Positions 41,237 to 50,498 of a stretch of DNA of 64,000 nucleotides are shown piece after piece. A program made the translations under genes and the position numbers. Numbering within the stretch: position 1 is the first letter of the stretch; every line of letters begins with the position of its first letter. This DNA is from Microcoleus sp. (GTDB taxonomy: Bacteria > Cyanobacteriota > Cyanobacteriia > Cyanobacteriales > Microcoleaceae), in assembly GCA_052279835.1 (NCBI GenBank), contig CP181291.1, positions 4,384,001 through 4,448,000 of the forward strand. The letters are read 5' to 3'. Under the pieces are notes generated by a model that searched no databases, had not been told where the DNA came from, and was given only the letters and a program-made list of their open reading frames with translations.

Positions 41237-41842
41237 TTAAAAAAGTGGGTCGCTAGCATCAGCTTCCACAGCATGAGGGGAGCTAGATTCTGCATTTTGG
41301 CTGTTGATATATTCACCCATGTTAACATATATTCGATCGTTCATTTCGATATATACTGGGTTAGAAGGCGCGCTTTCATTCAGTGCATTTGCGCCACTAG
41401 CTCTATCTCGTAAATTCAACAGGCGTTTTAATGTATCTCGCGCATCGCTCCCCGGTTTAACTGTAAATAACAAGCCGTTGTTTGGCAAGTCGCTGGCACA
41501 GTCACCACCCTTGGTGCGGGCTACACAAATTACGGATTGCCGGTTGATAACTCCTGTGGTTAGGTATTTCAGCATTCCGGCTTTGTGATATTGTTCAAAT
41601 CTGCCAGATACCAGTTCGCACCTGCGCTCTGTATCGAATCCTGAGTCTGAGAAACTATTAGAAACCCACCGGATTACTGTGACGTTTCCTTGGGCTCTTT
41701 GCAAAATAGTTGCTGGCTGACCTCCACTTTTGCTACAGACGAACCCTGTGGTTTGGGCGGATATTGGACTGCTATGAATAATAGTGGTAGCAAGTGCGAT
41801 CGCAGATGCAGTAATCAGCGATATCGTTGGCTGAATTTTCAT
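41237..41842 (-). CDS. COP23-domain protein
   Basis: Likely start MKIQP; FVCS..PATI..VIRW..RCELVSGRFE..LTTG..VICV..LLFTV; ends DPLF. Confidence 0.88.
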   Translation of the reverse strand: MKIQPTISLITASAIALATTIIHSSPISAQTTGFVCSKSGGQPATILQRAQGNVTVIRWVSNSFSDSGFDTERRCELVSGRFEQYHKAGMLKYLTTGVINRQSVICVARTKGGDCASDLPNNGLLFTVKPGSDARDTLKRLLNLRDRASGANALNESAPSNPVYIEMNDRIYVNMGEYINSQNAESSSPHAVEADASDPLF

Positions 41843-42208
41843 GGGCAATTTTATTCCTGATTTGTTTGATGGATGTTTGGGGATGAATAGGATTGCTAAT
41901 TTTGAGTAGGTATATCTTAAATCAAGGCGACTTTGGGCAAAGGATTTGGGAATGGATAACTGACTCGCAGCAAACATTCTGATTCAACTAGCCCTCGCTG
42001 TCGGCTGACTATTTTTGTCTACCTGCCTGTTGCTTGTAATTATAAAGCAAAACTTAGAAATAAAATTTAAAGATTTAGGGAAGAAGAGGAAAAACGGAAA
42101 TGTGATGATTCTTTAACCTGACCTTTTGCATCATTCTCAATCAGCCTTGTATGAACAGGAGCGATGGCTGGTTCCACAATAGAATTAAATTTGATTCTAG
42201 ATTCGAGA

Positions 42209-43885
42209 TTAGAAGAGGGGGTCTTTGTCAGGTTCAGGAGTTGGAGAATGGGGGAGAGAGGGCGATGATTCTGGGGTTGATGGCGACTTGGTACTCTCAG
42301 ATGGGGGTCGAAAAAGGTCGTCAGGAGTTGGTGTTGCTTGGGGGCTAGCCGGTGGCGGGACGGAATTTTCAATGTCTTTAATCTCACGATCGCATTCTGC
42401 TAAACTAGCTTTCACTTTGTCAGCCACGAAGGAATCAGAAGCAATTGCTTTGAGCTTGTCTGCTGCTTGAGTCCACAGAGCTTTCTGTTTTGATAATTCG
42501 GTTTCTTTTGGTGCATCGGCTGCGATCGCCAGAGCTTCTTCTAATTGTTTCTGGGCTTGTTGTTCCCTTGTCAAACGCGCTTCCATCGCCGTCAACTCGC
42601 TTTGATAGGAAGGTAGCAGCTTTTCGGTGTCGGCGTGGACTTTGGCTGTTGAGGGAATGCTAGATAGTTGGTCGATCGCGCTTTTCATGCGATCGCGAGC
42701 CGTCTCCAACTCTTGGGCTGTTTGAGCATTTTGCCCTAAAACACGAGCGTCAGCAGCCTGTTTGACCGCGCTGTTGTAACTTTCGTTAAAGGGTTTATCC
42801 GCAGCACAGTTGTTGAGAGCGCCGCACACAAAAGGGATGCGAGACGACTCCAGACTAACAATCCCACCTACTAGCAGCAGAGTTGGTAGGACAATTAGGG
42901 CGATCGTTTTCCAAGGTGGATTGCCAGTATTTTGATTCCGATTAGAGTTTAGAGGGTATGGATTACCCGTATTTTGACTATCTGGAGAAAGTTGAGTCGG
43001 AGGTAGGCCTGAACCTTCACTCACTTCAGTTTTTGATGAACTCATAATAGTTTTTCTTTGTGTTTGGCTATTATCGAGAGCGTTTAATACTTCTCTAGCG
43101 GACTGATAGCGATCGCTCGGTTTTTTCTCCAACATCCTATCAAGTATCCGAGCCAGTTTGTCCGTGACATTCGCGTGCGATCGCCACTCCCACTCCCCAT
43201 CATAATTAATCAAAGTATTGGGTGCTTTACCAGTTAACAAGACAATCGCCGTCACCGCCAAAGCATACAAATCGCTATTCGGGTAACACTCGCCGCCCCG
43301 CAACTGTTCCGATGGAGCATAAGATCCTTTTCCTACATGAGTATATTGGTTTGAATTCCCAGTTGTACTTAGCTGTGTCTCCGCATATTTAACCACACCG
43401 AAATCAATCAGCAATGGCTTTTGTTTGCCATTTGGCAGCATGATATTGTCCGGCGAAATATCACGGTGAATAATCCCTTTTCCGTGAATATATATGAGAA
43501 CATCGAGAAGAACTCGCAGCCATTGAATAATCTCCTTTTCGGAAAATATTTGACCTTGCAGTAGTAAATTCCAGTATGTTTGACCGTTGACAAATTCCTG
43601 CACAATAAATAAGCGTCCATTGTCCTCAAACCACTCCAGAAACTCTGGGATTTGGCGGTGACTTAGCTTGGATAAAATCTTGGCTTCTCGCTCAAATAAT
43701 TCCCTAGATTTTTGTAAGACTGCTGGCGTGGTATTGCTGGGAGCAAACTCCTTGAGAACGCAGTAACTTTTTTCTTGTTTATCTAACGCTAAATAGGTGC
43801 GACCAAATCCACCTTGACCCAAAAGTCGGTCAATTTGGTAGCGATTTTTCATCAAAGTTCCAGCCGATAATTCTGGTATTATCAC
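42209..43885 (-). CDS. Transmembrane Hanks-type Ser/Thr protein kinase
   Basis: GQGGFG, VLKEF, HRDISPDN, DFG, YAPSEQ, SDLYALA; TM IALIVLPTLLLVGGIV; helical extracytoplasmic domain; ends DPLF. Confidence 0.95.
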   Translation of the reverse strand: MIIPELSAGTLMKNRYQIDRLLGQGGFGRTYLALDKQEKSYCVLKEFAPSNTTPAVLQKSRELFEREAKILSKLSHRQIPEFLEWFEDNGRLFIVQEFVNGQTYWNLLLQGQIFSEKEIIQWLRVLLDVLIYIHGKGIIHRDISPDNIMLPNGKQKPLLIDFGVVKYAETQLSTTGNSNQYTHVGKGSYAPSEQLRGGECYPNSDLYALAVTAIVLLTGKAPNTLINYDGEWEWRSHANVTDKLARILDRMLEKKPSDRYQSAREVLNALDNSQTQRKTIMSSSKTEVSEGSGLPPTQLSPDSQNTGNPYPLNSNRNQNTGNPPWKTIALIVLPTLLLVGGIVSLESSRIPFVCGALNNCAADKPFNESYNSAVKQAADARVLGQNAQTAQELETARDRMKSAIDQLSSIPSTAKVHADTEKLLPSYQSELTAMEARLTREQQAQKQLEEALAIAADAPKETELSKQKALWTQAADKLKAIASDSFVADKVKASLAECDREIKDIENSVPPPASPQATPTPDDLFRPPSESTKSPSTPESSPSLPHSPTPEPDKDPLF

Positions 43886-43915
43886 TATTTGCTAATCCTG
43901 CTTCTATACTTCCTT

Positions 43916-44047
43916 AACTGGTTCCCAGGCTCTGCCTGGGAAAACTCGGTTTCTCGCCCTAGCTATTTGCTCTCAGAAACCGGGTTTCTTCGTGAATTTC
44001 TCGTTACCAAACGCCAAACTCGTAGAAACCCGGTTTCTCGCCCTAGC
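43916..44047. repeat. Stack of dispersed palindromic repeats (cccaggctctgcctggg and agaaaccgggtttct families)
   Basis: Related copies near 5730, 6013, 36774-36840 and 47453-47592. Confidence 0.8.
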
Positions 44048-44063
44048 ATAACTACAAAAACCC

Positions 44064-47000
44064 TCAACCAACTGAAGTTAGTCGCGTACCGCACTTAGCA
44101 CAAAATTTAGAGCTAGTGGGATTTTTGTGGCCGCAGCTAGTACAAAACACAAAGTTTTCAGCAGGTACTGTCGGCGGTTGAATTGGCGGTGCCGCCATAC
44201 CAACAGGAGCATTAATCACAGTAGGATCGGTATAAATCCTGTCCAATCCTGTAGATACTGCCGTTCCAGATTGAGGCTGCGGCACAACTGGACTGCTAGC
44301 CTCCGGCGCAGACAACTTGTAAGTTTGGATCGCCTCTTGAATAATCTTGAGTTCTCGTTTATAAACAGGGCTTTCATTTCCTCCTTCTTTGTCTAACTCA
44401 ATTTCCCGCTCGTCGAGATATGCCTTCAATTGGCTGAATAGGTGTTGTTTTTGCGGCAAAGTTTCCGCCGCAGTCAGGATTGCCTTCACCTGTTTTTCAA
44501 TCTCTTCCTTATCAGGACGACACGCCACCACTTCCAAAAGTTGCACCGTTTCTTCCCAGCTAGAAGCCAGATCCACATTCTCTTGACCCAGCACAGTTTT
44601 TACCGTGTAGCGAATCACATTTTCCTTAGTATTGCGGTTTTCTTCCCGCCGCAAAACGCCCAAAGCTCGTGCTTGCACCACCAATTCTAAAATTTTATTA
44701 TCCTCTGGAAATACATCCCAAAAAGGCGGTTCTTTTTGAATGTGAACTGGGATCGGAGGATCTTTGCTTTCTCCCCGTGCTTTTGCCCGTTTTGCTTGAA
44801 TCGATTGCCCTTTCCAATCTTGATAAGACTGTCGCAATTCCCGCATTCCTTCAATACAGCGCAGCGAAAAACCGCCGACTTCTTGCACAAAAACAATCCG
44901 GTGGCGTTCTGCTTCTCCGAGCGGGGTAATTGCATCATTGCTACCCACCCGTTCTCGGAGCAAAGGAATTAATCTGATGGCGGCTGCTTCAGTGGTGTTA
45001 CGCCCACCAACGAGGGCAGCTTTGGTATTAAGTGCTTCCGTAAACCCTGCATCTATGCCACTCATAATGGGCCTGGAAAGCAAAATTAAGGGTTTAGATT
45101 TGTCGTAGGCGATCTTTAATTGATTGCGGATGTCACCTTCGTCATTTTTAAACATTTTGAACAGTCCATCGCAGGCTGCTAAATCTCGTTGTAAGCGACT
45201 GCTATTAGGTACTGTCTTGATAACTAACCGCGTTTTTTGGTCGATAATTTCCTTGAAATCGGGATCTTGCACGTCCTGCAATTGCGGCAAATCAAACAGC
45301 CGCATTACCTCATTCGCCTCGCGGTTTTGTTTCCACATCGGACTAGCTTCAGCGAGCACTTGGCTTGACAAATTGCTGCAAGTTCCGTCCATCCCCAATT
45401 CATACTTGCTTTTCGCACCTTCGGAAGCACCTGCTAATTGCTCGATCGCATCTCGATACAAATCATTTAGCTGTTGACGGTCAAATAATTTGATACCGTT
45501 AATTACCAAAACATCAGCACTACTTGCTTGTTGGTCGGCTGCTGTTTGAAAGTCATCGCGATTTTGGCGCAACTTTTGATTTAAGCGAGCCAAGCGAGTT
45601 TCTAATTGCGTTAAATGCTCTTGCAACCTGACAATTACTTCTAATCCCAAGGCTCTAGATTTGCGCTGAACAATTGCAATCAAACTCCCCTCTAACCCGC
45701 TAAGAGCCGTAGCACAATACTTTTCCATAGCATCTTGTTTGCTCAAACCAAACTGCTCTTGGGAGTGTCGAATATCTTCCAAACCCTTTTGGTATTGTTG
45801 GAAAAAACCAGCCTCATTTGGCTCCCAAACTTTTTCCGCTTCCCGGCGAAACTTCTCAACAGCATTTTGAAAAATCTGCCGCACTGTGGTGATAAAAGCA
45901 TCAGCAAATTTTGGCCCTTTGTTGCGGTCTTCCAGAATTGTGTAAAACTCAGCTTCTAGGGCTCTGCGTCCTTCTTGGATAATCCGGTTGCGGTTGTCAT
46001 ACATTTTTTGCAAGTAATCGCCGTGTAGTCGCTCATCTGGACCCATTTCCCGCAGGTGATCGTTGCGATATTCCTCGACTTTTTTCTGCAAATAATTGAC
46101 AAATTCCAGAATCTTGCCTTTTTCTGAGCCGAAAATACCCAATAATCCTTGTTGAGTGGATTGAAGTTTGTTATCTGCATTAATCTCATTACGGATACTA
46201 TTTACCCAGTTAGAAAGTTCTGCTAAATAAGATTTATCGCCCGCTGCACTCAAGTCAATCAGCATTTCCATTTCTGTCAACCGAATCCGCTTGAGGTCAC
46301 TTTGTACAACCTCCAACAAATTGGGGACTAATTGCACAGATTCATTCAGCCACCAAGTCACAAAATCAGCAGCTAGCCGATTGGATAAAGATGTACGAAT
46401 TTGGGCGATGGGAATTTCAATTGTTGACAACCCAAAACTCATAAATTGTTTGGAATAGCCACGCCCACCCGGGTCTTGTGCAGCCCAGGAACCTTTAATG
46501 TTATCTCGGATCGATCGCTTGTGCGGAGCAAAATCTGAGGTCAAGTCCAGAAAGATATTTTGACCGATCATTTCCCGAATTTGGTCTAGGGGAAATTCAG
46601 CTTCACCGTTTCTAGTGCCGACTAAATAAGTAAAATCAAATGGTGGTCTTTTGTCCCGGATTTCATCTATCAAACCGGCACTAAATTGCGCTGCATATTC
46701 TGTGCGATAATCGGAGAAATAGCTCAATTCCATTAAGGCTGCGTAACCGTTAGCTACAACCCGATCGCCTACATTGATACCAGCAAAAGCATTAGGCATC
46801 GGCACAATGGCTGTAGTAGTAGAACTTGCTTTTCCTTGCAACCACTTGCGGACAGCATAGCCGATATCGATGAGCATTCCACTGCCGGTACCCCCAGAAA
46901 TTGAGCCGGTGATAAACACGTTTACGGAGTTAGCGTTTACCTTAACGTTGTATTTGTCCAGCATAAAATTCTCGTGACCTTTTACGCGATCGCACGCTGA

Positions 47001-47414
47001 ATTAAATGCTTGTTTAATCTTATGATAGTTACAGAAAAAAGCAAACCGACCGCAGGCACGAATCTGTCCGGCTCCCGCTTCTAAAGCCGTCATATTTCGC
47101 TCTAATTCATTGGGAAACCAAGATTCTATCCAGGGGAAGTTCCCCATATTAGACATGATATTTTCAACTTCATTACCGCTGACTTTAGCAAAGTATTTCT
47201 CGTTGTCTTTAAACGGAGTTCCCCCCGCACCAGGATTGTTGAGTTTGTATTCTTTGTCCGTATCAATAATCAAAAAACTGATAATCGGAAAATTCCTTAA
47301 ACTCCCGTAAGTTTCTTCTACTAAACGCCGCACTCTTGCCAATACTTCATTGCCCGTTCCTCCTACTCCGATTAAAATTGTAGGAACCATACTTTTTTCA
47401 TCAACAGTAGCCAT
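44064..47414 (-). CDS. Tubulin/FtsZ-like GTPase (Tubulin_2/FtsZl1-type) with long helical region and C-terminal Zn ribbon
   Basis: Start MATVDEK behind an AGGAGG RBS; LIGVGGTG, IIDTD, GAGQIRACGR, tubulin signature GSISGGTGSG, ANGYAALMEL; ends FCTSCG...FCAKCG. Confidence 0.92.
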   Translation of the reverse strand: MATVDEKSMVPTILIGVGGTGNEVLARVRRLVEETYGSLRNFPIISFLIIDTDKEYKLNNPGAGGTPFKDNEKYFAKVSGNEVENIMSNMGNFPWIESWFPNELERNMTALEAGAGQIRACGRFAFFCNYHKIKQAFNSACDRVKGHENFMLDKYNVKVNANSVNVFITGSISGGTGSGMLIDIGYAVRKWLQGKASSTTTAIVPMPNAFAGINVGDRVVANGYAALMELSYFSDYRTEYAAQFSAGLIDEIRDKRPPFDFTYLVGTRNGEAEFPLDQIREMIGQNIFLDLTSDFAPHKRSIRDNIKGSWAAQDPGGRGYSKQFMSFGLSTIEIPIAQIRTSLSNRLAADFVTWWLNESVQLVPNLLEVVQSDLKRIRLTEMEMLIDLSAAGDKSYLAELSNWVNSIRNEINADNKLQSTQQGLLGIFGSEKGKILEFVNYLQKKVEEYRNDHLREMGPDERLHGDYLQKMYDNRNRIIQEGRRALEAEFYTILEDRNKGPKFADAFITTVRQIFQNAVEKFRREAEKVWEPNEAGFFQQYQKGLEDIRHSQEQFGLSKQDAMEKYCATALSGLEGSLIAIVQRKSRALGLEVIVRLQEHLTQLETRLARLNQKLRQNRDDFQTAADQQASSADVLVINGIKLFDRQQLNDLYRDAIEQLAGASEGAKSKYELGMDGTCSNLSSQVLAEASPMWKQNREANEVMRLFDLPQLQDVQDPDFKEIIDQKTRLVIKTVPNSSRLQRDLAACDGLFKMFKNDEGDIRNQLKIAYDKSKPLILLSRPIMSGIDAGFTEALNTKAALVGGRNTTEAAAIRLIPLLRERVGSNDAITPLGEAERHRIVFVQEVGGFSLRCIEGMRELRQSYQDWKGQSIQAKRAKARGESKDPPIPVHIQKEPPFWDVFPEDNKILELVVQARALGVLRREENRNTKENVIRYTVKTVLGQENVDLASSWEETVQLLEVVACRPDKEEIEKQVKAILTAAETLPQKQHLFSQLKAYLDEREIELDKEGGNESPVYKRELKIIQEAIQTYKLSAPEASSPVVPQPQSGTAVSTGLDRIYTDPTVINAPVGMAAPPIQPPTVPAENFVFCTSCGHKNPTSSKFCAKCGTRLTSVG

Positions 47415-47457
47415 AAGACTCCTCCTTTTTGTTTTTAATTTAACTTGTTTTAAACTG

Positions 47458-47592
47458 GTTCCCAGGCTCTGCCTGGGAATCAATGTCCAGAGGCTCTGCC
47501 TCGCTTGGTTTACTTGGAAAAAGAGCCTTTTTTCCTTGGTAAAATTGGAGGCAGAGCCTCCGGGTATGCGTTCCCAGGCAGAGCCTGGGAAC
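47458..47592. mobile_element. 135-bp palindromic MITE-like element
   Basis: gttcccaggctctgcctgggaa..gaggctctgcctc / gaggcagagcctc..ttcccaggcagagcctgggaac. Confidence 0.8.
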
Positions 47593-47683
47593 GAGTAGAA
47601 TGAGTTCTGATGCAAGAGGACTTTAGCTTTGAGGCAGGGATTTTAACCCCTGCCGGACTGCCGGACTAATGCCAGACCTAAAG

Positions 47684-48598
47684 TTAACAACCATCACCAA
47701 AAATTGGCAAACCAACTAATTTCCAGATAATGCTAGGCGTAAAAGCAGTCCAGAAAAAGGCATTGCCCAAGGCCGCCTTACCTGCTACAGTCATGTTCAT
47801 TTTCATTATGCCTTGAAACAACCAGCGGTCTAGTGGCATCGTCAGCGTCCACATCAAGGCAATCCAGGCAGCACCCAACCAAAAAATCACCCATTTAATA
47901 TTACTATTGAGCTTGGGAAATATTTTCTCGGTGAATGAAGTATTGAGATTAACATCGGCACCTGAAATATAAATTCCTCCTGTTTGTACAGTAGCTTGTT
48001 TCAGCGGCTCGAAACTTTTACCCCCGAAGGTAATGCCATTAATTTTAACTTTTTGAGCGACGGCTTCGCTGACAGTTTGCGGGGAAAGTTCTATTCCGGC
48101 ATCGCTAACAATCACAATTTCGCGACAGCTACTTGGCGCTGTTTTAAAAGCGTTTAATGCCTGCCGGATGGGAACATCTAGGCTGTCTTGGGGTGGTTCT
48201 GGTTGGATGGATTTAGGCAGGTTGGGGTCTTGCAGAGCTCGACCTAATTCTGCTTCTACTTTTTTGGTATCTGCGCTAAAGTTACTGGTTAATGCTGGAG
48301 CTTTGCCGCCGCCAATGCCAAAGACTTGAATTGTATTTGGGTTGCTTGGTAATTTAGAATTTACCTCTAAATAGGCTTTGACTGCTGCTACTTCTTGCTG
48401 CATGATTGTGCCGGGAGCATTGAAGGCTTGGGGTTGGTAGGTGCTGCTGCTGAGATCGAGGGCGATCGCCACTGCAATATTGGGTCTACCAAACCCGAAT
48501 ATGCCAAACAGTGCTGCTGCAATTAAACAGAAGCACAGCGCGATTAATGGTCTTTGAAATAAAGGATGTTGCCACAGCGGGCGTTGATTTCTAATCAC
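47684..48598 (-). CDS. Membrane-anchored vWA-domain protein
   Basis: Likely GTG start (MIRNQRP); TM; MIDAS DLSSS and IVIVSD; two C-terminal TM helices. Confidence 0.85.
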   Translation of the reverse strand: MIRNQRPLWQHPLFQRPLIALCFCLIAAALFGIFGFGRPNIAVAIALDLSSSTYQPQAFNAPGTIMQQEVAAVKAYLEVNSKLPSNPNTIQVFGIGGGKAPALTSNFSADTKKVEAELGRALQDPNLPKSIQPEPPQDSLDVPIRQALNAFKTAPSSCREIVIVSDAGIELSPQTVSEAVAQKVKINGITFGGKSFEPLKQATVQTGGIYISGADVNLNTSFTEKIFPKLNSNIKWVIFWLGAAWIALMWTLTMPLDRWLFQGIMKMNMTVAGKAALGNAFFWTAFTPSIIWKLVGLPIFGDGC

Positions 48599-48616
48599 CG
48601 ATCGACCTATAGTATA

Positions 48617-48675
48617 GCAGTTGACAGTTGACAGTTGACAGTTGATAGTTGACAGTTGACAGTTGATAGTCAACT
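48617..48675. repeat. STRR heptamer array (GTTGACA)n
   Basis: Read directly. Confidence 0.9.
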
Positions 48676-48677
48676 GT

Positions 48678-50288
48678 TTACTTAACAGCATCGAACTGAT
48701 ATTTAGACCCCGGAGGACCGTCTTTACCTTCGATAGCTTTGACTAAGGGAATTTCTTTGAACAGGTCAAATTCCTTGGCAGTTCCCGATATCAAAGTTCC
48801 TGCGGTGAGGAATTTGACTGTTCCCTCGCGGGTGGGATTGCTGCTGGTTGCTGCTGCTAAAGCTTGGGTGGCATCGAAGGCAGTTGCAGTTCGCCAACTG
48901 ACTCTTCCTTTCCAAATTTCTGAGGCTTGTTTGGAAAAAGGATCGTCTTTTTCCCATCTCCAAGGAACGGCTAGCACTAAATCTTTAATAGCATCTCCTC
49001 CCTTGATTAAAGTAGTAGGATTATACAGTTCACTACCTCCCATTAAGGCTAAAGGTGGGGATGTATCTTTGTTGGCGATCGCGATCGCGATCGCCTGTTC
49101 TACTTGGTCTTTGCTCATCGCCATAAATACCACATTTGCTCCGGCCTTGCTCGCATCAGCGACAGCAGATTTGGCATCAAAAGTTGCACCAGCTTTGATG
49201 TCAACTTCTTTGACAATTTTGCCGCTAGCTTTTGGCACTTCGACAACTAATAGTTCCTTGAGTTGTTTGCTATAAACGCTGTCGGAGTTGTAGAAAATTG
49301 CGATCGCGGCGGGGGAGTGATTTTTCTTAGCATAATTCGCAACGGTTTCCCCCAGTTTCTGGAGGTAAGTTTTGAGCATTTCATCGGTTTTTTCCAGCAC
49401 CTTGGTTAATTTCAACGTCGCTTTGTTGGAAGAGTCGATGGTAACGCTGGAACTGACAGGCGAAATGGCAGCTAATCCTGCGGTTTCATAGGTTTTGATG
49501 GCATCTTGAGAACTGCTGTCGATGCCGTGTCCCAAAACTCCCAATACGTTGGGAGAGTTAACTAAGTCTTGGGCGATCGACACAGTTTTGCCAACTTCGT
49601 CATTAACAATTACAATTTCTAATAACCGACCGGGAACAGTCGAACTTTTGTTAAATTGATCTTGATATAAAGCAGCTCCTCGAAGCACTTCTTTTGCTGC
49701 ATCAGCGCTGGCACCAATGGGAACAACTACGGCAATAGTCAGGGGATTGCCTGTTTTTTGAGCCGTCGCATTGTTGAGGTATATTTTAGTTTCCGGGTCG
49801 TTGGGGTCGGTTTTGGTAGCTGCTTCATATTTGGCGATCGCCTCATCCCAATTTTTGCTAACAAATGCAGCAGCCCCAGCTTGTTTCTCAGCATCAGCTT
49901 TGCCGCCTGTTAGCAGAATTTTTTCCCCTTGACTAATCAGCGCGGCGCTGACTGCTTTAGAACTGATGAGATCCCCTGGTGACACAGCAGTTGCGGTAGT
50001 AGATGTAGATGTGGCATCTGCTGCTGTTACAGAAGAATCTGGTGTTTTGCCACCTGAAAACGCTTTGTACAAGCCAAATCCGACACCGCCTAAGACTAAT
50101 ACTCCTAATACTCCTGCTAAAGCCATCAGAATTGGTTTTGTTGGCGGTTTTGGAGGCTCATCAACCATAGCGTCTTTCGGTAAGCCACACATACAGAATG
50201 ACCCGTCGTTGTCACAAGGTTGGTGGGGGCCAGTACCGTTATATTTTTCTGGATTATGTTTGGGTACGCCGTCGCAGGTCCAACTCAT
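48678..50288 (-). CDS. Membrane-anchored LivJ/PBP1-type periplasmic-binding protein with N-terminal Cys motif and TPR
   Basis: WTCDG..H..C..FCMCG; TM; ISQGEKIL..PNDPETKIYLNNA; IAVVVPI..EVLRG..VLGVLGH..VSWRTATAFDA. Confidence 0.88.
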   Translation of the reverse strand: MSWTCDGVPKHNPEKYNGTGPHQPCDNDGSFCMCGLPKDAMVDEPPKPPTKPILMALAGVLGVLVLGGVGFGLYKAFSGGKTPDSSVTAADATSTSTTATAVSPGDLISSKAVSAALISQGEKILLTGGKADAEKQAGAAAFVSKNWDEAIAKYEAATKTDPNDPETKIYLNNATAQKTGNPLTIAVVVPIGASADAAKEVLRGAALYQDQFNKSSTVPGRLLEIVIVNDEVGKTVSIAQDLVNSPNVLGVLGHGIDSSSQDAIKTYETAGLAAISPVSSSVTIDSSNKATLKLTKVLEKTDEMLKTYLQKLGETVANYAKKNHSPAAIAIFYNSDSVYSKQLKELLVVEVPKASGKIVKEVDIKAGATFDAKSAVADASKAGANVVFMAMSKDQVEQAIAIAIANKDTSPPLALMGGSELYNPTTLIKGGDAIKDLVLAVPWRWEKDDPFSKQASEIWKGRVSWRTATAFDATQALAAATSSNPTREGTVKFLTAGTLISGTAKEFDLFKEIPLVKAIEGKDGPPGSKYQFDAVK

Positions 50289-50498
50289 TTTTGCTACCTT
50301 TCTTTTTTACCCTTTTGGGTATTGTACAGCTTGACATCTGTCTTGAGAAAGGTTAGCGGGGTAAAATACCAAATCTTTAAAATAGCCGGAAGGAAATCCC
50401 CCCCAGGGAGGGAGGGGAGAAATTAGCCACTAAAATCAAAAATGGGGTGAGTCACCCGAAGTTGGGATGAAACACCCCTACAGTCACCAGAATTGATG

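Noticed and set aside
44064..47414. Cell-division ftsZ
   Set aside because: Far longer than FtsZ, with divergent motifs and no dcw context.
47415..47615. N-terminal extension of the tubulin-like ORF
   Set aside because: Derived from a MITE; a strong RBS precedes ATG 47414.
48599..48691. N-terminal extension of the vWA ORF
   Set aside because: Translation of (GTTGACA)n.
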